Shown piece after piece: positions 1 to 13,049 of a stretch of 64,000 nucleotides of DNA. This DNA comes from Squalus acanthias (Eukaryota): the NCBI GenBank assembly GCA_030390025.1, contig CM059432.1:73596001-73660000 (forward strand), written 5' to 3'. The notes beneath the pieces are model-generated. The model searched no databases and was not told the origin of the DNA. It saw nothing but the letters and a program-made list of their open reading frames with translations. The position numbers and the translations under genes were made by a program. Numbering within the stretch: position 1 is the stretch's first letter; the number at the start of each line of letters is the position of its first letter.

Positions 1-591
1 CCCCATCACAACCCAGCTAACTTTGTCAACCGAAAGGGCTTCCACTCCCTCAACGTACAGCTGGTGTGTAACCACAAGAAGGAGTTTTTGCATGTTTGCG
101 CCAAGTTCTGTGGTAGTTGCCATGACTCTTTCATGCTGCAGCACTCTAGTGTTCCTCTGCTTTTCAATCCGCCAAACCAACTTATCGGATGGCTCCTTGG
201 TGACAAAGGCTACCCCCTGAAGAAGTGGCTAATGACGCCGATCAGGAGGTCAGCTAATGAGGCTGAAGAGCGCTACAACGTCAACCACACTTCGACCAGG
301 TCCATCATTGAGCAAACCATTGGGTTGTTGAAGATGCGCTTCTGTTGCCTTGACCGATCAGGTGGAGCCCTGCAGTATACACCATACAGGGTCTCCAGAA
401 TGGTCGTGGTCTGCTGTGCACTGCACAACATCGCACAGCGTCGTGGCTTGCAGCTTCCTGATGAGCAAGTAGCTCAGTTCCAGCCCTCCTCAAATGAGGA
501 TGAGGAGGATGAGGAGGAGGATCTGGAGGAGGAGGAGCAGGAGGAGGACAGAGCGCCGGTCTATCGACCAGCAGCAGCGGCAGCACGCTAG
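1..591 (+). pseudogene. PIF/Harbinger (HARBI1-like, DDE_Tnp_4) transposase, C-terminal half; runs off the window start
   Basis: Frame 1 is open from nt 1: [14 protein letters not shown]...GSCHDSF...[17 protein letters not shown]...[23 protein letters not shown]...CCALHN, followed by an acidic E/D tail. These are hallmark Harbinger transposase motifs. Confidence 0.9.
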
Positions 592-1174
592 CACATGGCT
601 GCCCGTGATGCAAGGGATGAACTTTATCCTGGCCAGATTTGCATAGGTTGCCCATGTTGGCACATGTCCTTGGCTCATCTTAAGACATCATAGACAATGG
701 ACATGACTCTCTGGCCTCCTTTCATTCTGGCCACCAACCTGACAACGCAAGTGTGGCGGAGCCCGCAATATGGAGCTGACGGATGCCATCACACCAACAT
801 TTTGCCATCAAATCATTTTAATGCTTTCCAACAGGGATGGCATTTCATCAATACACATAAACATTCACCCAATCTGCACACAGATCTGGAGGTTATACCC
901 CTTGCCAGCTGGACCCACACAGCCTTGGTTTCTTTGGGAGGCCTCTTCCTCCCAGATGAGTGGGAGCTCTCACCCCCTCAACCAAGATTTGCAGCACTTC
1001 ATCTGAGAACCTCGGGGAGGCCCTTGCCTTGGAATTGGACATAGTGGTTTCTCAAAATATGTTGCAGCATTGACAGAAATCCAGTGGAATGATCCAAGGC
1101 AGCAAGCAGCCCTTAAATGAGGCTGGAAAAGTGATGTCAGCAGAGGCGAGTTTCAGTCCCAAAACACTAATTAA

Positions 1175-1324
1175 AAGTAGCAACACAGGTTAACAAGGCC
1201 ATAAAAATGCAAACAAAGCACTGGGGTTAATTTCTAGAGGAATAGAATTGTAGAGCAGAGAAGTTATGATAAACTTGTATAGAACCTTGGTTAGACCACA
1301 TTTTGAGTACTGTGAACAGTTCTG
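1175..1324 (+). repeat. CR1 ORF2 fragment, a local duplicate of 2202-2341 inserted into the Harbinger end
   Basis: 1185-1324 vs 2202-2341 differ at 4 of 140 nt and share an in-frame TAG. Confidence 0.8.
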
Positions 1325-1989
1325 AAATCAAGTGGCCAATCAGGGGAAAATTGAAATTTTTTCAAACCTATCAGTGGAGGTGGGTTTGGAACCCTCCCAA
1401 ACCGAAACCCGCCTCCAGTGGGAAAATCGCCCCCATAGGACCTGAAAGTATAATGACTCGTTCTATAGTTTCTTTTTTTGCTGGCAATGGATTAGTAGTA
1501 AATAAACTCTTCATCATACAGTATATTGCCATTTCCTTCAGTGAAATCTTCACATAAAAACCTACCTGGAAGATTATAAGGACTTTTGTCTGGCTTATTC
1601 AATGCCAGAATACTTCCTGATGCACGGAAGCCTGTTGTATTACTGAGCAAAATTTCAACCTAAGGTGAATGAACTGGCCAAGTATGTGGTCCAATTTGGT
1701 CTGAATCAAGTATTGATTTTTGATCCCTAGAACCAAAATCAAACTGAAGCTATGCTCTTGATTATCTTTAATGTATATTTCTGTTGAAAATGAGGTTTTG
1801 GACCATTGCTATATCATTGATATATCATTTGTATGCATGGCAGCAGTATTAATAGTTGCGGTAAGGCATTTGATTGGCTATTGTAAAGCTAATTTGTAGA
1901 TTCCTTTTTACAATATATATGTTTTGACCCTTTGTTCTTAACCCAATGTGATAACATGGTCTCCATCTCATGTTAGCTAACTACTGGGG

Positions 1990-2438
1990 AGTATAGCTAA
2001 TACTGAGGAAGACTGGACAAAATACAAGAAGACGGTAACAAACTTGCAGAATAGATGTGAAAATAACAAATGAAATTCAATATATATATTATATAAATAA
2101 GTGTGAGGTGGCGCATTTTGGTAGGAGGAATAAGGAGGCCACAAACTCCTATGAAAATAAGAGTCTAAATAGGGTATAGAGGAGCAAAGAGATCTAGGGG
2201 TACAGGTTAACAAGGCCATAAAAATTCAAACAACGCACTGGGGTTAATTTCTAGAGGAATAGAATTGTAGAGCAGAGAAGTTATGTTAAACTTGTATAGA
2301 ACCTTGGTTAGACCACATTTGGAGTACTGTGAACAGTTCTGGTCTCCATGTTACAAAAATGATATAGAGGCACTGGAGAAGGTACAAAAAAGATTTACAA
2401 GGATGATACCAAAACTGAGAGGTTATAGCTATCAGGAA
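1990..2438 (+). mobile_element. Old CR1 LINE fragment; continues at 4161-4256 after a younger CR1 insertion
   Basis: LYRTLVRPHLEYCEQFWSP...LEKVQKRFTRMIP. The continuation encodes SKSRGHKYKIV...RRNFFTQ. Confidence 0.8.
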
Positions 2439-4160
2439 ATATTTTGTATCTGTCTTCACGGTAGAAGACACTAACAACATCCCAATAATGGATAATCAAG
2501 GGGCCATAGGGAGGGGGGAACTAAAGCCAATCACTATCACTAAGGAAAAAGTACTTGGTAAAATAATGGGACTAAAAGATGACAAGGCCCCTGGACCAAA
2601 TGGCCTGCATCCCAGGGTCTTAAAAGAAGTGGCTGCAGAGATAGTGGATGCATTGGTTGCAATATACCAAAATTCCCTGGACTCTGGATAGGTCCCAGCA
2701 GATTGGAAAACCGCAAATGTAACACCCCTATTTAAGAAAGGAGGGAGACAGAAAGCAGGAAACTATAGACCAGTTAGCCTAACAACTGTCGTTGGGAAAA
2801 TGCTGGAGTCCTTCATTAAGGAAGCAGTAGCAGGGCATTTGGAAAATCATAATGCAGTCAAGCAGAGTCAGCATGGTTTTATGAAAGGGAAATCATGTTT
2901 AACAAATTTGCTGGAGTTCTTTGAGGATGTAATGAGCAGGGTGGACAAAGGTGAGCCAGTGGATGTGGTGTATTTGGATTTCCAGAAGGCATTCAATAAG
3001 GTGCCACATAAAAGGTTACTGCATAAGATAAGAGCTCACGGAGTTGGGGGTAATATATTAGCATGGATAGAAAATTGGCTAACTAACAGAAAGCAGAGAG
3101 TCAGGATAAATGGGTCATTTTCTGGTTGGCAAACGGTAACTAGTGGAGTGCCACGGGGATCGGTGCTGGGGCCTCAACTATTTACAATCTACATTAATGA
3201 CTTGGATGAAGGGACCGAGTGTAATGTAGCCAAGTTTGCGGATGATACAAAGATGGGTGGGAAAGCAAGTTGTGCAGAGGTCTCAAAGAATCTGCAAAGG
3301 GATATTGACAGGCTAAGTGAGTGGGCAAACATTTGGCAGATGGAGTATAATGTGGAAAAGTGCGAGATTATCCACTTTGGCAGGAAAAATAAAAAAGCAA
3401 ATTATTATTTAAATGGAGAGAGATTACAAAATGCTACAGTTCAGAGGGACCTGGGGGTCCTTGTGCATGAAACACAAAAAAAGTTAGCATGCAGGTACAG
3501 CAAGTAATCAAAAAGGCAAATGGAATGTTGGCCTTTATTTCAAGTGGGTTTGAATATAAAAGCTGTGAAGTCCTGCTACAACTGTACAGGGTATTGGTGA
3601 GACCACACCTTGAGTACTGCGTACAGTTTTGGTCTCCTTATTTAAGGAAGGATATACTTGCATTGGAGGCAGTTCAGAGACGATTCACTAGGTTAATTCC
3701 AGAGATGAGGGGGTTGACTTATGAAGAAAGGTTGAGCAGGTTGTGCCTATACTCATTGGAATTTAGGAGAATGAGAGGTGATCTTATTGAAACATATAAG
3801 ATACTGAGGGGGCTCGACAAGGTAGATGCAGAGAGGATGTTTCCCCTCGTGGGGAAATCTAGAACTCGGGGGCATAGTTTCAGAATAAAGGGTCGCCCTT
3901 TTAGAACTGAGATGAGGAGGAATTTCTTCTCTCAGAGGGTCGTAAATCTGTGGAATTCTCTGCCCCAGAGAGCCGTGGAGGCTGGGTCATTAAATACATT
4001 TAAGGTGGAGATAGACAGGTTTTTACAAGATAAGGGAGTGAAGGGTTATGGGGAGCAGGCAGGGAAGTGGCTTTGAGCCCAAGATCAGCCATGATCTTAT
4101 TGAATGGCGGAGCAGGCTCGAGGGGCCAAGTGGCCTATTCCTGCTCCTATTTCTTATGTT
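2437..4160 (+). mobile_element. CR1 LINE (HER1-like), 5'-truncated, ORF2 RT to 3' tail
   Basis: KAPGPNGLHPRVLKE, QHGFMKGKSCLTNL, VYLDFQKAF, GVP.GSVLGP, KFADDTK, RPHLEYC; 3' UTR ending CCTGCTCCTATTTCTTATG; contains stops and frameshifts. Confidence 0.95.
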
Positions 4161-4720
4161 TCCATTTGTGGGGGGAGTCCAAAAGTAGGGGTCATAAATA
4201 TAAAATAGTCACTAATAAATCTGATAAGGAATTCAGGAGAAACTTCTTTACCCAGATCATAAGATTGAAATTGCCGTAAGTTCAGCAATTTGTTCTGAAG
4301 CCAAATTGGACAACCACGTAGAAGATTGCTGTGACTGTGATGTAGGTTATTACTTGCTATAGATTTCACGAGTTGAAATTGTGCTGTGTAATATTAGTAA
4401 CAAACATTAATATGTTCCCATGAAATTCCTTTGTCACTATTTAAATGAAGGCATAACCTGCTTATTTTAAATAAGTTAACACCTTTGTTAAAATAGCAGA
4501 AAAATTTCATACAAACACGTCGACTCATTGACTACTAATACTGCAGTTAAATTTCAATGATCATGAGTCTTGACACAATTGGGAGACAAATCTGTGGGTA
4601 TTGTGGTCTGACTTTATTTCCTTCTTGTGGATATGTGCATTTGCTGCTTTTTACTTTAAAGAGACAATAGCAATTGACAGGTATACCTGAAGCAGAGAAG
4701 CCAAGGGATCAAGATTAAAC

Positions 4721-5882
4721 AGCATTTGACCAAGTGTGGCATCAAGGAGCCCTAGTAAAATTAAAGTCAATGGGAATCGGGGGAAAACGCTCCACTGGCT
4801 GGAGTCATACCTAGCACAAAGGAAGATGGTTGTGGTTGTTGGAGGCCAATCATCTCAGCCCCAGAACATCGCTGCAGGAGTTCCTCAGGGTAGTGTCCTA
4901 GGCCCAACCATCTTCAGCTGCTTCATCAATTACCTTCCCTGCATAATAAGGTCAGAAGTGGGGATATTCGCTGATGATTGCAGAGTGTTCAGTTCCATTC
5001 GCAACTCCTCAGATAATGAAGCAGTCCGTGCCCGCATGCAGCAAGACCTGGACGACATTCAGGCTTGGGCTGAAAAGTGGCAAGTAACATTCGTGCCAGA
5101 CAAGTGCCCGGCAATGAATATCTCCGACAAGAGAAAGTCTAACCACCTTTCCTTGACATTCAACGACATTACCATCACCGAATCCCCCACCATCAACATC
5201 TTGGGGGTCACTATTGACCAGAAACTTAACTGGACCAGCCACATAAATACTGTGGCAACAAGAGCAGGTCAGAGGCTAGGTATTCTGTGGCGAGTGTCTC
5301 ACCTCCTGACTCCCCAAAGTCTTTCCACCATCTACAAGGCACAAGTCAGGAGTATGATGGAATACTCTCCACTTACCTGGATGAGTGCAGCTCCAACAAC
5401 ATTCAAGAAGCTCAACATTATGCAGGACAAAGCAGCCCACTTGATTGGTACCTCATGCAGAACCTTAAACATTCACCGCCCCCCCCCCCCCCCCCACAAC
5501 CGGCGCACTGTGGCTGCAGTATGTACTACAAGATGCACTGCAGCAACTTGCCAAGGCTTCTTCAGCAGCACCTCCCAAACCCACGACCTCTTGCACCTAG
5601 AAGGACAAGGGCAGCAGGTACATGGGAACACCATCACCTCCAAGTTCCCCTCCAAGTCACAGACCATCCTGACTTGGAAATACATCACTGTTCCTTCATC
5701 GTCGCTGGGTCAAAATCCTGGAATTCCCTCCCTAACAGCACTGTGGGAGTACCTTCACCACATGGACTGCAGCGGTTCAAGAAGGCGGCTCACCACCACC
5801 TTCTCAAGGGCAATTAGGGATGGGCAATAAATGCTGCCCTTACCAGCGATGCCCACATCCCAGGAACGAATAAAAAAAAAAT
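4721..5882 (+). mobile_element. Second non-LTR LINE family (CR1/L2-group RT), 3' portion with poly(A) tail
   Basis: [38 protein letters not shown]; ends GGGCAATAAATGCTG...CCCACATCCCAGGAACGAATAAAAAAAAA. Confidence 0.9.
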
Positions 5883-5885
5883 AAT

Positions 5886-7259
5886 GGCCCGGATATTGCT
5901 CACCGTTCATTACCCTTATACTCGCCCACAGATTTTCTGTGGGCTTTTACACTGCAATTTGCGGTTATTCGAGAGCTAAAATAGCGCGGAGCCCTCTACA
6001 GGGGATCTGGGACCTGTATGAACAGGGAAAGCAACTGTGTGTCTCCTTAACCAATCAGATTGAAGAATTCTGACTGAGACACGCAGAGGGTAATTTTAAC
6101 TCCCCAAAATGGATGGGTTTGGGTTGGGTGATCTGTTAACATTTTTAAAATCTGAAACTTGAACCCAACCCACCTCAAACCCACCCACTCCGGTTTTAGG
6201 GAAGCAGGACAGGGGGTGGGGGATGCAGGTGACCAACCCGCTCTCAGAGCCGGGTCACTCATTTAAAATATTGCTTCAGATTTTATCTCTCTTCCAGCTT
6301 TAAAACTAGCTGGCCGGGTTTCCTGGGCCTTGAAAACCCAGCAGTTAAAGGGAGTCGAGGAAAGCTGCATGGAAGAGCTAAGTGCTTTTCCAGCACTGCT
6401 TGTGGGCCAGGAGGAGCAGAAGTGCTTCACCCTGGCCCCCCAAGCTAACCTGCTTCCGCCAATCACTCCCATCCCCCCCAACCATGATCGGACAACCCCT
6501 CCAGCGATCACTGGTCCCCCCACCCCGCGATCAATGACCCCCTAACTCCCCATCTCTTCCCCGATCTCTCTCCAATCCCCCCCCCCCACGATCAACACCC
6601 GACACTCCAAACCAGGCCGTAACCTCCGCTGCCCCCCCCCCCCCCCCACCACCCCGTGATCTCCACCACGATGAGCAGGAAACCTACCTGCTGTACCCTC
6701 TTCTGCAACGTTCCCTGCTCAATAGGAAGTCAAGCCTGTCGATCAGGCTGGCTTCTGGGTGGGGAACATGGTCAAAAAAAACACGCACGCTGTGAAATCC
6801 CTTAGCATTCTCCCGCCCAGAACTCATCCCCCACTTGGAAGTCCCGCCCCAGTAAATATCGGGGCCGCAGAGTCTAATCCAGGAAGTGTAAGTTAGAATA
6901 TTTAATTCAATGACAAATCATTTACAGAAATCAAAATATGGAGGGGGGAGAGAGATAAGAGAGACAGAAAAAAAGTAAACAATAATTAAAATCTGAAGGA
7001 ATGAATCTCCACACTTGTAAAAAATTAATTTTCAGTACCAGAGAGGTTATTTGGCAGTAATTAAGGCTTAACACGCCATCTCTGGGTGCGGTACTGTTAT
7101 AGCAAAGCTTGTAGAGGAGCAGCGTAACTCGGACAGCAACTTCCTGATTTCCGCATTTAACTGCACATATGCGGTAGCCACAAGTTACTGTCCGATTTAC
7201 TCTTTAATAATGGTGAGCGCCGATAGCCTCACCGTTATTTCTACCGCAAAATCCGAGCC
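5886..7259. mobile_element. Harbinger-type non-autonomous element (MITE)
   Basis: TIR GGCCCGGATATTGC / GCAAAATCCGAGCC; 3-bp TSD AAT (5883-5885, 7260-7262). Confidence 0.8.
6086..6866. mobile_element. Harbinger-type MITE nested in 5886-7259
   Basis: Imperfect TIR GAGGGTAATTTTAAC / GTAAATATCGGGGCC; TSD GCA; GC-rich interior with CCCGATC-like repeats. Confidence 0.6.
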
Positions 7260-7974
7260 AATCATCCAGACTCGGCTGTAGCAGACTGTCTCTTTCTAGA
7301 GTTGCATGGATATGATCCAGAGGCAATACAGTAAGAGCTAAGGTTGATTAATTGCTCCCCAAGACAGATAGTTCATGATGGTTAAGATAGAGTCAGTTCT
7401 TGGGCGGGTGACTCCATTCTACGCTTCTTACGGGGATGGTCATTCAGAAGAATGGAATCTGCTGTCTGTCTCATCATCTGGATGAACCAGTTACTTAGAA
7501 ATAGAGCATTTCTATTTGTCTTCATCATGATGGTGGTCGCAACCATTGCCCAGGTCTGGCCAATCCTACTATTCAGATGTCACATTATCAGATTACCTTT
7601 GCATCTAAGTGATCATAAGGTAAACATGCATTCGCTGTATCTAGATCCATTTAAGAACCCAGGCAATGAGGGATGCAAATTTTATTAGCTAAATCTGTAG
7701 CTTCTATTAGGATCAAAGTAAAGCTCACTCATAAGAATATAAGAAAATCCGGAACAAGAAAATGCCATTAAGACCTCTTTAAGCACAGTCCATGTACAAT
7801 TATTCTATCACAGACTCCCATCTCACACCACCTACACTATTTCATGGAACATGTATTTTCTTTCCTGACTGCCCCTAAAAGAATCAAGCTATGTAATTCT
7901 ATTTCTCAACTGCTATAATTACAGCTCATTTTTAAAGATGTTAATTAACCCAAATCAATTACTTTCTTTGGCAA

Positions 7975-8112
7975 ACAAGAAGAAAAAAATCTGCAGATGC
8001 TGGAAATCAGAAACAAAATTAGAAAATGCTGGAAACACTCAGTAGCTCAGACAGCATCGGAGGAGAGAATGGACAAGTTAATGTTTCCTGTGTAGACTCT
8101 TCATCAGAACAG
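7975..8112 (-). mobile_element. Penelope-like 3' end (pLTR) fragment with a degenerate hammerhead motif
   Basis: Reverse complement GTT-CTGATGA-A...GAAACATT-AAC followed by GCTGTCTGAGCTACTGAGTGTTTCCAGCATTTTCT, homologous to 23636-23735. Confidence 0.75.
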
Positions 8113-9703
8113 TTTACACTTTGTACATCACACCTTCTTATTAAATATGTCTCCTATTCTTTGTGATGGACAAAATGCATACCAGATAAAATGTATTTAT
8201 ATGTAGAAAATGTCAGCAGGGGGTCACCCATAGTATTGTTCAATGTGAGTTGGAAAATACGCTATTTTATAATTACAGGAGTGTTATACCATGTAATTAA
8301 CAATGGAACTAATTTTGGTCTCGATGTCACCTTGAAAATTGGTACAGATAGGATTTATGGGCATATAATAAGGTGTAATGGAGCAGGAAATTGGGTGGTG
8401 CTCAGTTCTGCCTGATTCTGCCCATTCGTGAGCTGGCCAATTTTGTGCCGGGATTTGTGACAAGTATTGAAACTCCCATCCGAAATAGAGAGGAGCTTTA
8501 TAATTATATCAAGATGATGAGGAAGTGATGTCATCCAGACAATGACATTGACATGATTTTCCAACATTTCAGATGATGGCCACAAACGTTGGTTGTTTAC
8601 AGATACTTGTTGAACTTAGTTCTTTGTTCTTAAACTTACTTTCTGAAAATTATGGCAGTGTGTGCGCGGTCTGCTCTGGTCATTTTTGCAAGGTTTTTTA
8701 GCCCTTTGCACTGTAGGTATCCCTCTGGGAATAGCACTTTATCGGCCTAACTGCTTGAGTACATCTCATGCCACCTTCAAAAGACTCCTCAAAACCTACC
8801 ACTTCAAATGTGCTTGGCATCCATTTCTTTCTGTGAAGTGCCTTGGATATTATGGGTGAACAACTCCTTTGCAATACTAACCATACTAATTGTGTGGAGT
8901 AGAGACTATTAATATATTTTTGTTATTCATTGCTTTCTTACTGGGATAATTTATTCAGGTGTGAGGCATGGACCAATTGTGTACATGCAGTTGCCAGAAG
9001 TAACTAAATTATTGCTATCAAAATAGTATATATTTTAAATAGTCAAAGCGCTTTTCTTTTTTCTCTCTCCTTAATTCATTGCATTGTAAGTATAAAGTGC
9101 TTAGCGCTGCCAGATCTGAAAGTAAATGAAGCAGAGAATGTATTACCTATTGAAGAAATAGTTGTAAGACCATGTCAGCATTGATAACATGTATGTATAT
9201 GCTTGTTAATATTTGGACTGGCAAAATGCCAATTAGAATATTAACCTGATTTTATGAAAAATTACAGTACCTGCCCATCATTTTGAACATTATTGCCTTA
9301 TGAGATTTTCAAAATGAAAGCTAAAGTCATTCAGAAGGGTGAAACCCCCGTAACAAAGGTATACGAGACTAAAGTGCCTTCCACATTTACAATAGTTCAA
9401 ATTAAACTAAATTGGAGGCAGTATTAAACTGTTTATAAAATGCAGTTTTCAGTTACCATATGGTAAAAACAAAATGCTTGCTGGTAAGCCATTGAATATG
9501 AAATTTCCCATACTCAAAAAGACCTACATAACTGACATGGACCTGCAATGATGACAACTTATTTGCTTCTCCATTCCTACTTATGGGAAATTATTTATGC
9601 AGTGGCTTGTCATTCAGTATATGCTGGATCCAACATGGATCTTATGACTCGACCAACCCTTTCACTCTTGGATGGGAGAAGAAACTTTTGGGGTTGGCTA
9701 ACA

Positions 9704-10150
9704 AAAGAAAGAACTTGTATTTATATAGCACCTTTAACATCCTCAGGCATCCGAGAGTGGTTTACAGCAAATTACTTACTTTTGAAATATAGTCACTGTT
9801 ATTTTGACATCAAACGCAGCAGCCAATTTATATACATCAAGGTCCCACAAACAGCAATGAGATAAATATCCAGTTAATGTATTTTTCATGGTATTTTTAA
9901 GGGCTAAATGTTGGTCAGGGCATCAAGAACTCCACTGGTGTTGTTTGAATTGTAACACAGGAACTTTTACATCAACCTGAGCAGGCAGATAGGGTCTCAT
10001 CCAAAAGACAGCACCTCCGACAGTGCAGTACTCCCTCAGTATTGGACTGAAGTGTCAGCCTAGATTAGGTGCTCAATTCCTAGAGTGAGACTTGAACCCA
10101 CAACCTTCACTACTCAGAGGCAAGAGGGCTACCACTGTGCAGGGCTGCCA
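9704..10150 (-). mobile_element. tRNA-derived SINE, DeuSINE/SacSINE1-like, with an L2-type tail
   Basis: Minus-strand head has A-box-like CAGTGGTAGC and B box GGTTCAAGTC; central AGGGAGTACTGCACTGTCGGAGGTGCTGTC block; tail GGTGCTATATAAATACAAGTTCTTTCTT shared with the L2 at 37209. Confidence 0.8.
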
Positions 10151-10339
10151 GTGGTTTAAGACATAAGTGATGACTTATTCTACATCTAAACAGCTCTGCA
10201 GTGTAAAAGTGCTCTGCTCTATAGCTCCAGTTCAGTTTAGCATTTTGGTCTCAAAATATAAGCAATTAAAATATAATAAGGAGCTTCTTTGCATTCTGAC
10301 TTTAAACTTTCTTTGGTAAGAATAGAAGAAAATATGGAA

Positions 10340-10740
10340 TAAAAAAGATTTTCAGCAGATCAGACCCATATATTTCACAGGACATGTACAATTGTGAACT
10401 GTATTGTATTTCGAACTGTACCCAATGTATTCAACCTCCTGAGGGAGCTGACTAACCACAGGTAAAACATCCAACAAGATAAAGCTCTGTGAAATTTCTC
10501 CCGGACTCTCTAAAATAATTTAGCAAAACTCCAGGATATCAATCTCACATGACAACCTACATTATTCAAACCTGGCTTATTATATTCCACAGATGACATT
10601 TCCATGGCCCTGTCAGCACATGAACCATTATGCTCCATTTGTTCATCTATGCTTATCCTTACAATCTTCAATCCATTCTTAGACAGATATTTATTCAACT
10701 CTTTAAAAAAGGTAATCAACATGGCATTAACTGCCACAAT
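10340..10740 (-). mobile_element. Very diverged CR1 3' fragment(s)
   Basis: Minus strand gives FKELNKYLSKNGLK-like CR1 C-terminal remnant and a degenerate CR1 3' UTR. Confidence 0.45.
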
Positions 10741-11129
10741 AATCTAAATGTTGACTTACTATATTCATACATAGGCTTTAAAGAGTTATTGTAACAGTCG
10801 ATGGGGGCGGGGGGAGGGGAGGTGAAATTGTTCATGGCAGTAGCATCAAATGGGGCTATAATGAATGGGCAGCCTGTTTTACACTGTGATCAATTTTCTT
10901 TTCCATGGAAGTCAATCGGGCATGGTGTAAAACGGCTGCCGATTGGCTAGGAGCCCATTTTACGCAACTGGCAAAGACCAATTTGATCCCCAACATATTG
11001 CAGGTTATAATCAAATACCTTATATTTTCACCTGAGCTAGTGGGCACCTTTTCACTGGTATATACATATTTCATATTTCTTGTACGTCTGTATTACTTTA
11101 CAATCTGCCATTTCTTAGTCCATTTGTTT

Positions 11130-11750
11130 AATTTATCCAGATCTCTTTGAATGTTATCAATTATCCTCACACTAGCCACCTGACTATATAGCTAGGATTA
11201 AACAGGAAATTCTATTTTCTAGAAGTACCTTCCTCCACATCAGTTGTGAATAGGTTAAGTACGAGAAAAACAGAACATGCCACAGGAGAACTCTGCAACT
11301 TACTCTCTGCAGATAGTCACTTCTACTTTTATTGTTAATTTGATTTTATATGAGAGCCTATTCAATGCAACTAATTAATTAGCAATTAATTTCATGAAAC
11401 ATAATCTTCATTAAAATTCTCACAAGCAAACTTCTATCAAATGTATTTTGAAAATACAGGTACATTATATCCTCTGGATATTCTTTGTTTGCTAATTTAT
11501 ATGCTGACCACTCCTGACTGCTCTTTAAATGATCAATAACATCTATTAAAATGTTCTGAAGAGCAATTTCTCCATTACCAATGTTAGATTAACTGGTCTA
11601 CAATTTTCAGTTCATGCCTCACTTCTTTTAATATCAAGATATCAATTGTTTTGCTCCGTTCCTCAGGTACAGTCTAAGATTTTAATATAGCTCCTAAAAT
11701 GATTTTTAAAGAATGATTATTTCAGGTCCTGCTGTCTTAAAATTTCAACA
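11130..11750 (-). mobile_element. Very diverged CR1 ORF2 fragment
   Basis: Reverse complement contains TAGACCAGTTAATCTAACATTGG (YRPVSLT-like), CAGGAGTGGTCAGCAT and GATAGAAGTTTGCTTG (RSCLTNL-like) remnants. Confidence 0.5.
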
Positions 11751-13049
11751 GTTGTACTAAAATTCAAAATACTGGACTTATTCATATACTTCCCAAAGCA
11801 TGACTGAATTCTTAAAAATTGACTTAATTTCTTGACTGACTAATTGATACCTCAGCTTGCCAATGTCCTGTCTACAGAACGTACAGCATGAAAGGAGGCT
11901 GTTTGGCCCATTGCTAGTTCTTCAGCTGGAGCTATCTATTTGAAACGCTTTTCCCTGCATCCTTTTATATTCATCAATGAGAACTTGATCCATTTTCAAC
12001 AACATTCTGATAAATCTTTGCTCTCTTCTTTTGGGTTAATTTGTTGCTCAGTTCGTGATTTTGTTGGCTTTTTACTGGTTAACTTTGCAATTTTTCAAAA
12101 AAGTATTTCCATTATTGGTTGTATGTGTATGATATATATATATATATATATGTTTATATAATCGCTAGTTGCTATGTGTAGCAATCTCATAAATGTGTTG
12201 ATGATTTCCTTTGTTCGATATTTCCAGACAAGTCATAAATGGCTTCCTTCAGAGTTCTACCTTATGTTGATTAGTGTGCTCCTCTATTGTTTTGTTAATG
12301 TATTTCCATCACAATCTGCACATGAAATATCAAACATAGTTGTTGATACCTGGCAAGGTAGTCTTTGGGTTCACTGAGGATCTTTTGTATTTATTTGAAT
12401 ATGTGTTTTGATGCCACATTCTCTCATTAATGTAATGTATGTTTCACTGCTTCCAGAGATGTATGGCAGGAAGATTTTATATGTGGATTAGTGGCTTAAT
12501 ACACTACTTATTTGACAATTATTTCTGTACTGTTCCAAGTCTAATTATGACAAAACATTTCAAACAGTGGCCGCGAATTTGGAGCCTATAGCACCGACCG
12601 TTAAGCATGGTTTGGAAGAAAAAGTGGCGGATGCCTCGCTTCCACCCAGCAGGTCCCGCGGCGGCCACCATTTTGGGCAGGTCGGCAGTGCTACCGTTGT
12701 CAGCACTTGCTGCAGAAAACAAAATGAGGCAGATCGTGACGTCAATGAGTGTGCAATGCTGATTTGATGCACTGTCATTTTGGACGTCGCCGTTCCATTT
12801 AATGCCCTCTCCTTATCACGATCAACTGACCATGTGTTCAGCAGCAGGAAGGACAACCCACCAGCTCTATTTAAAGGGATCATCAACAACTTGCTTTTTC
12901 ATTTCAACTGGCTCTGTGTAAGTTTGTGCAACTGTTTGGAGCTTTCTAGAGTTGTTTAAAGTTGCTGAGGTGACGGAGTTTGCTGCAAGTGGAGAACGCC
13001 TTGCTTCTCATTTAAAGAGTTTTGCTCACAGTCCCCCTCGTGCTGGAGT

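Larger units (their letters stand above)
1..1434 (+). mobile_element. Right part of a Harbinger element, ending in terminus GGAAAATCGCCCCC
   Basis: Transposase is followed by subterminal sequence (1121-1174, 1321-1434) that closely matches 42211-42408 and the reverse complement of 58045-58190. Confidence 0.75.

Noticed and set aside
1..591. Possible host HARBI1 gene
   Set aside because: It is followed by a transposon terminus shared with other elements, and several paralogous decayed copies lie in the window. It is a transposon transposase, so no gene symbol is assigned.
8959..8999. Candidate 41-nt micro-exon (TTCAG|...CCAGAA|GTAACT)
   Set aside because: Weak polypyrimidine tract and donor; unsupported without RNA data.
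10060..10150. tRNA gene
   Set aside because: It is the degenerate tRNA-derived head of a SINE; no complete cloverleaf is evident.
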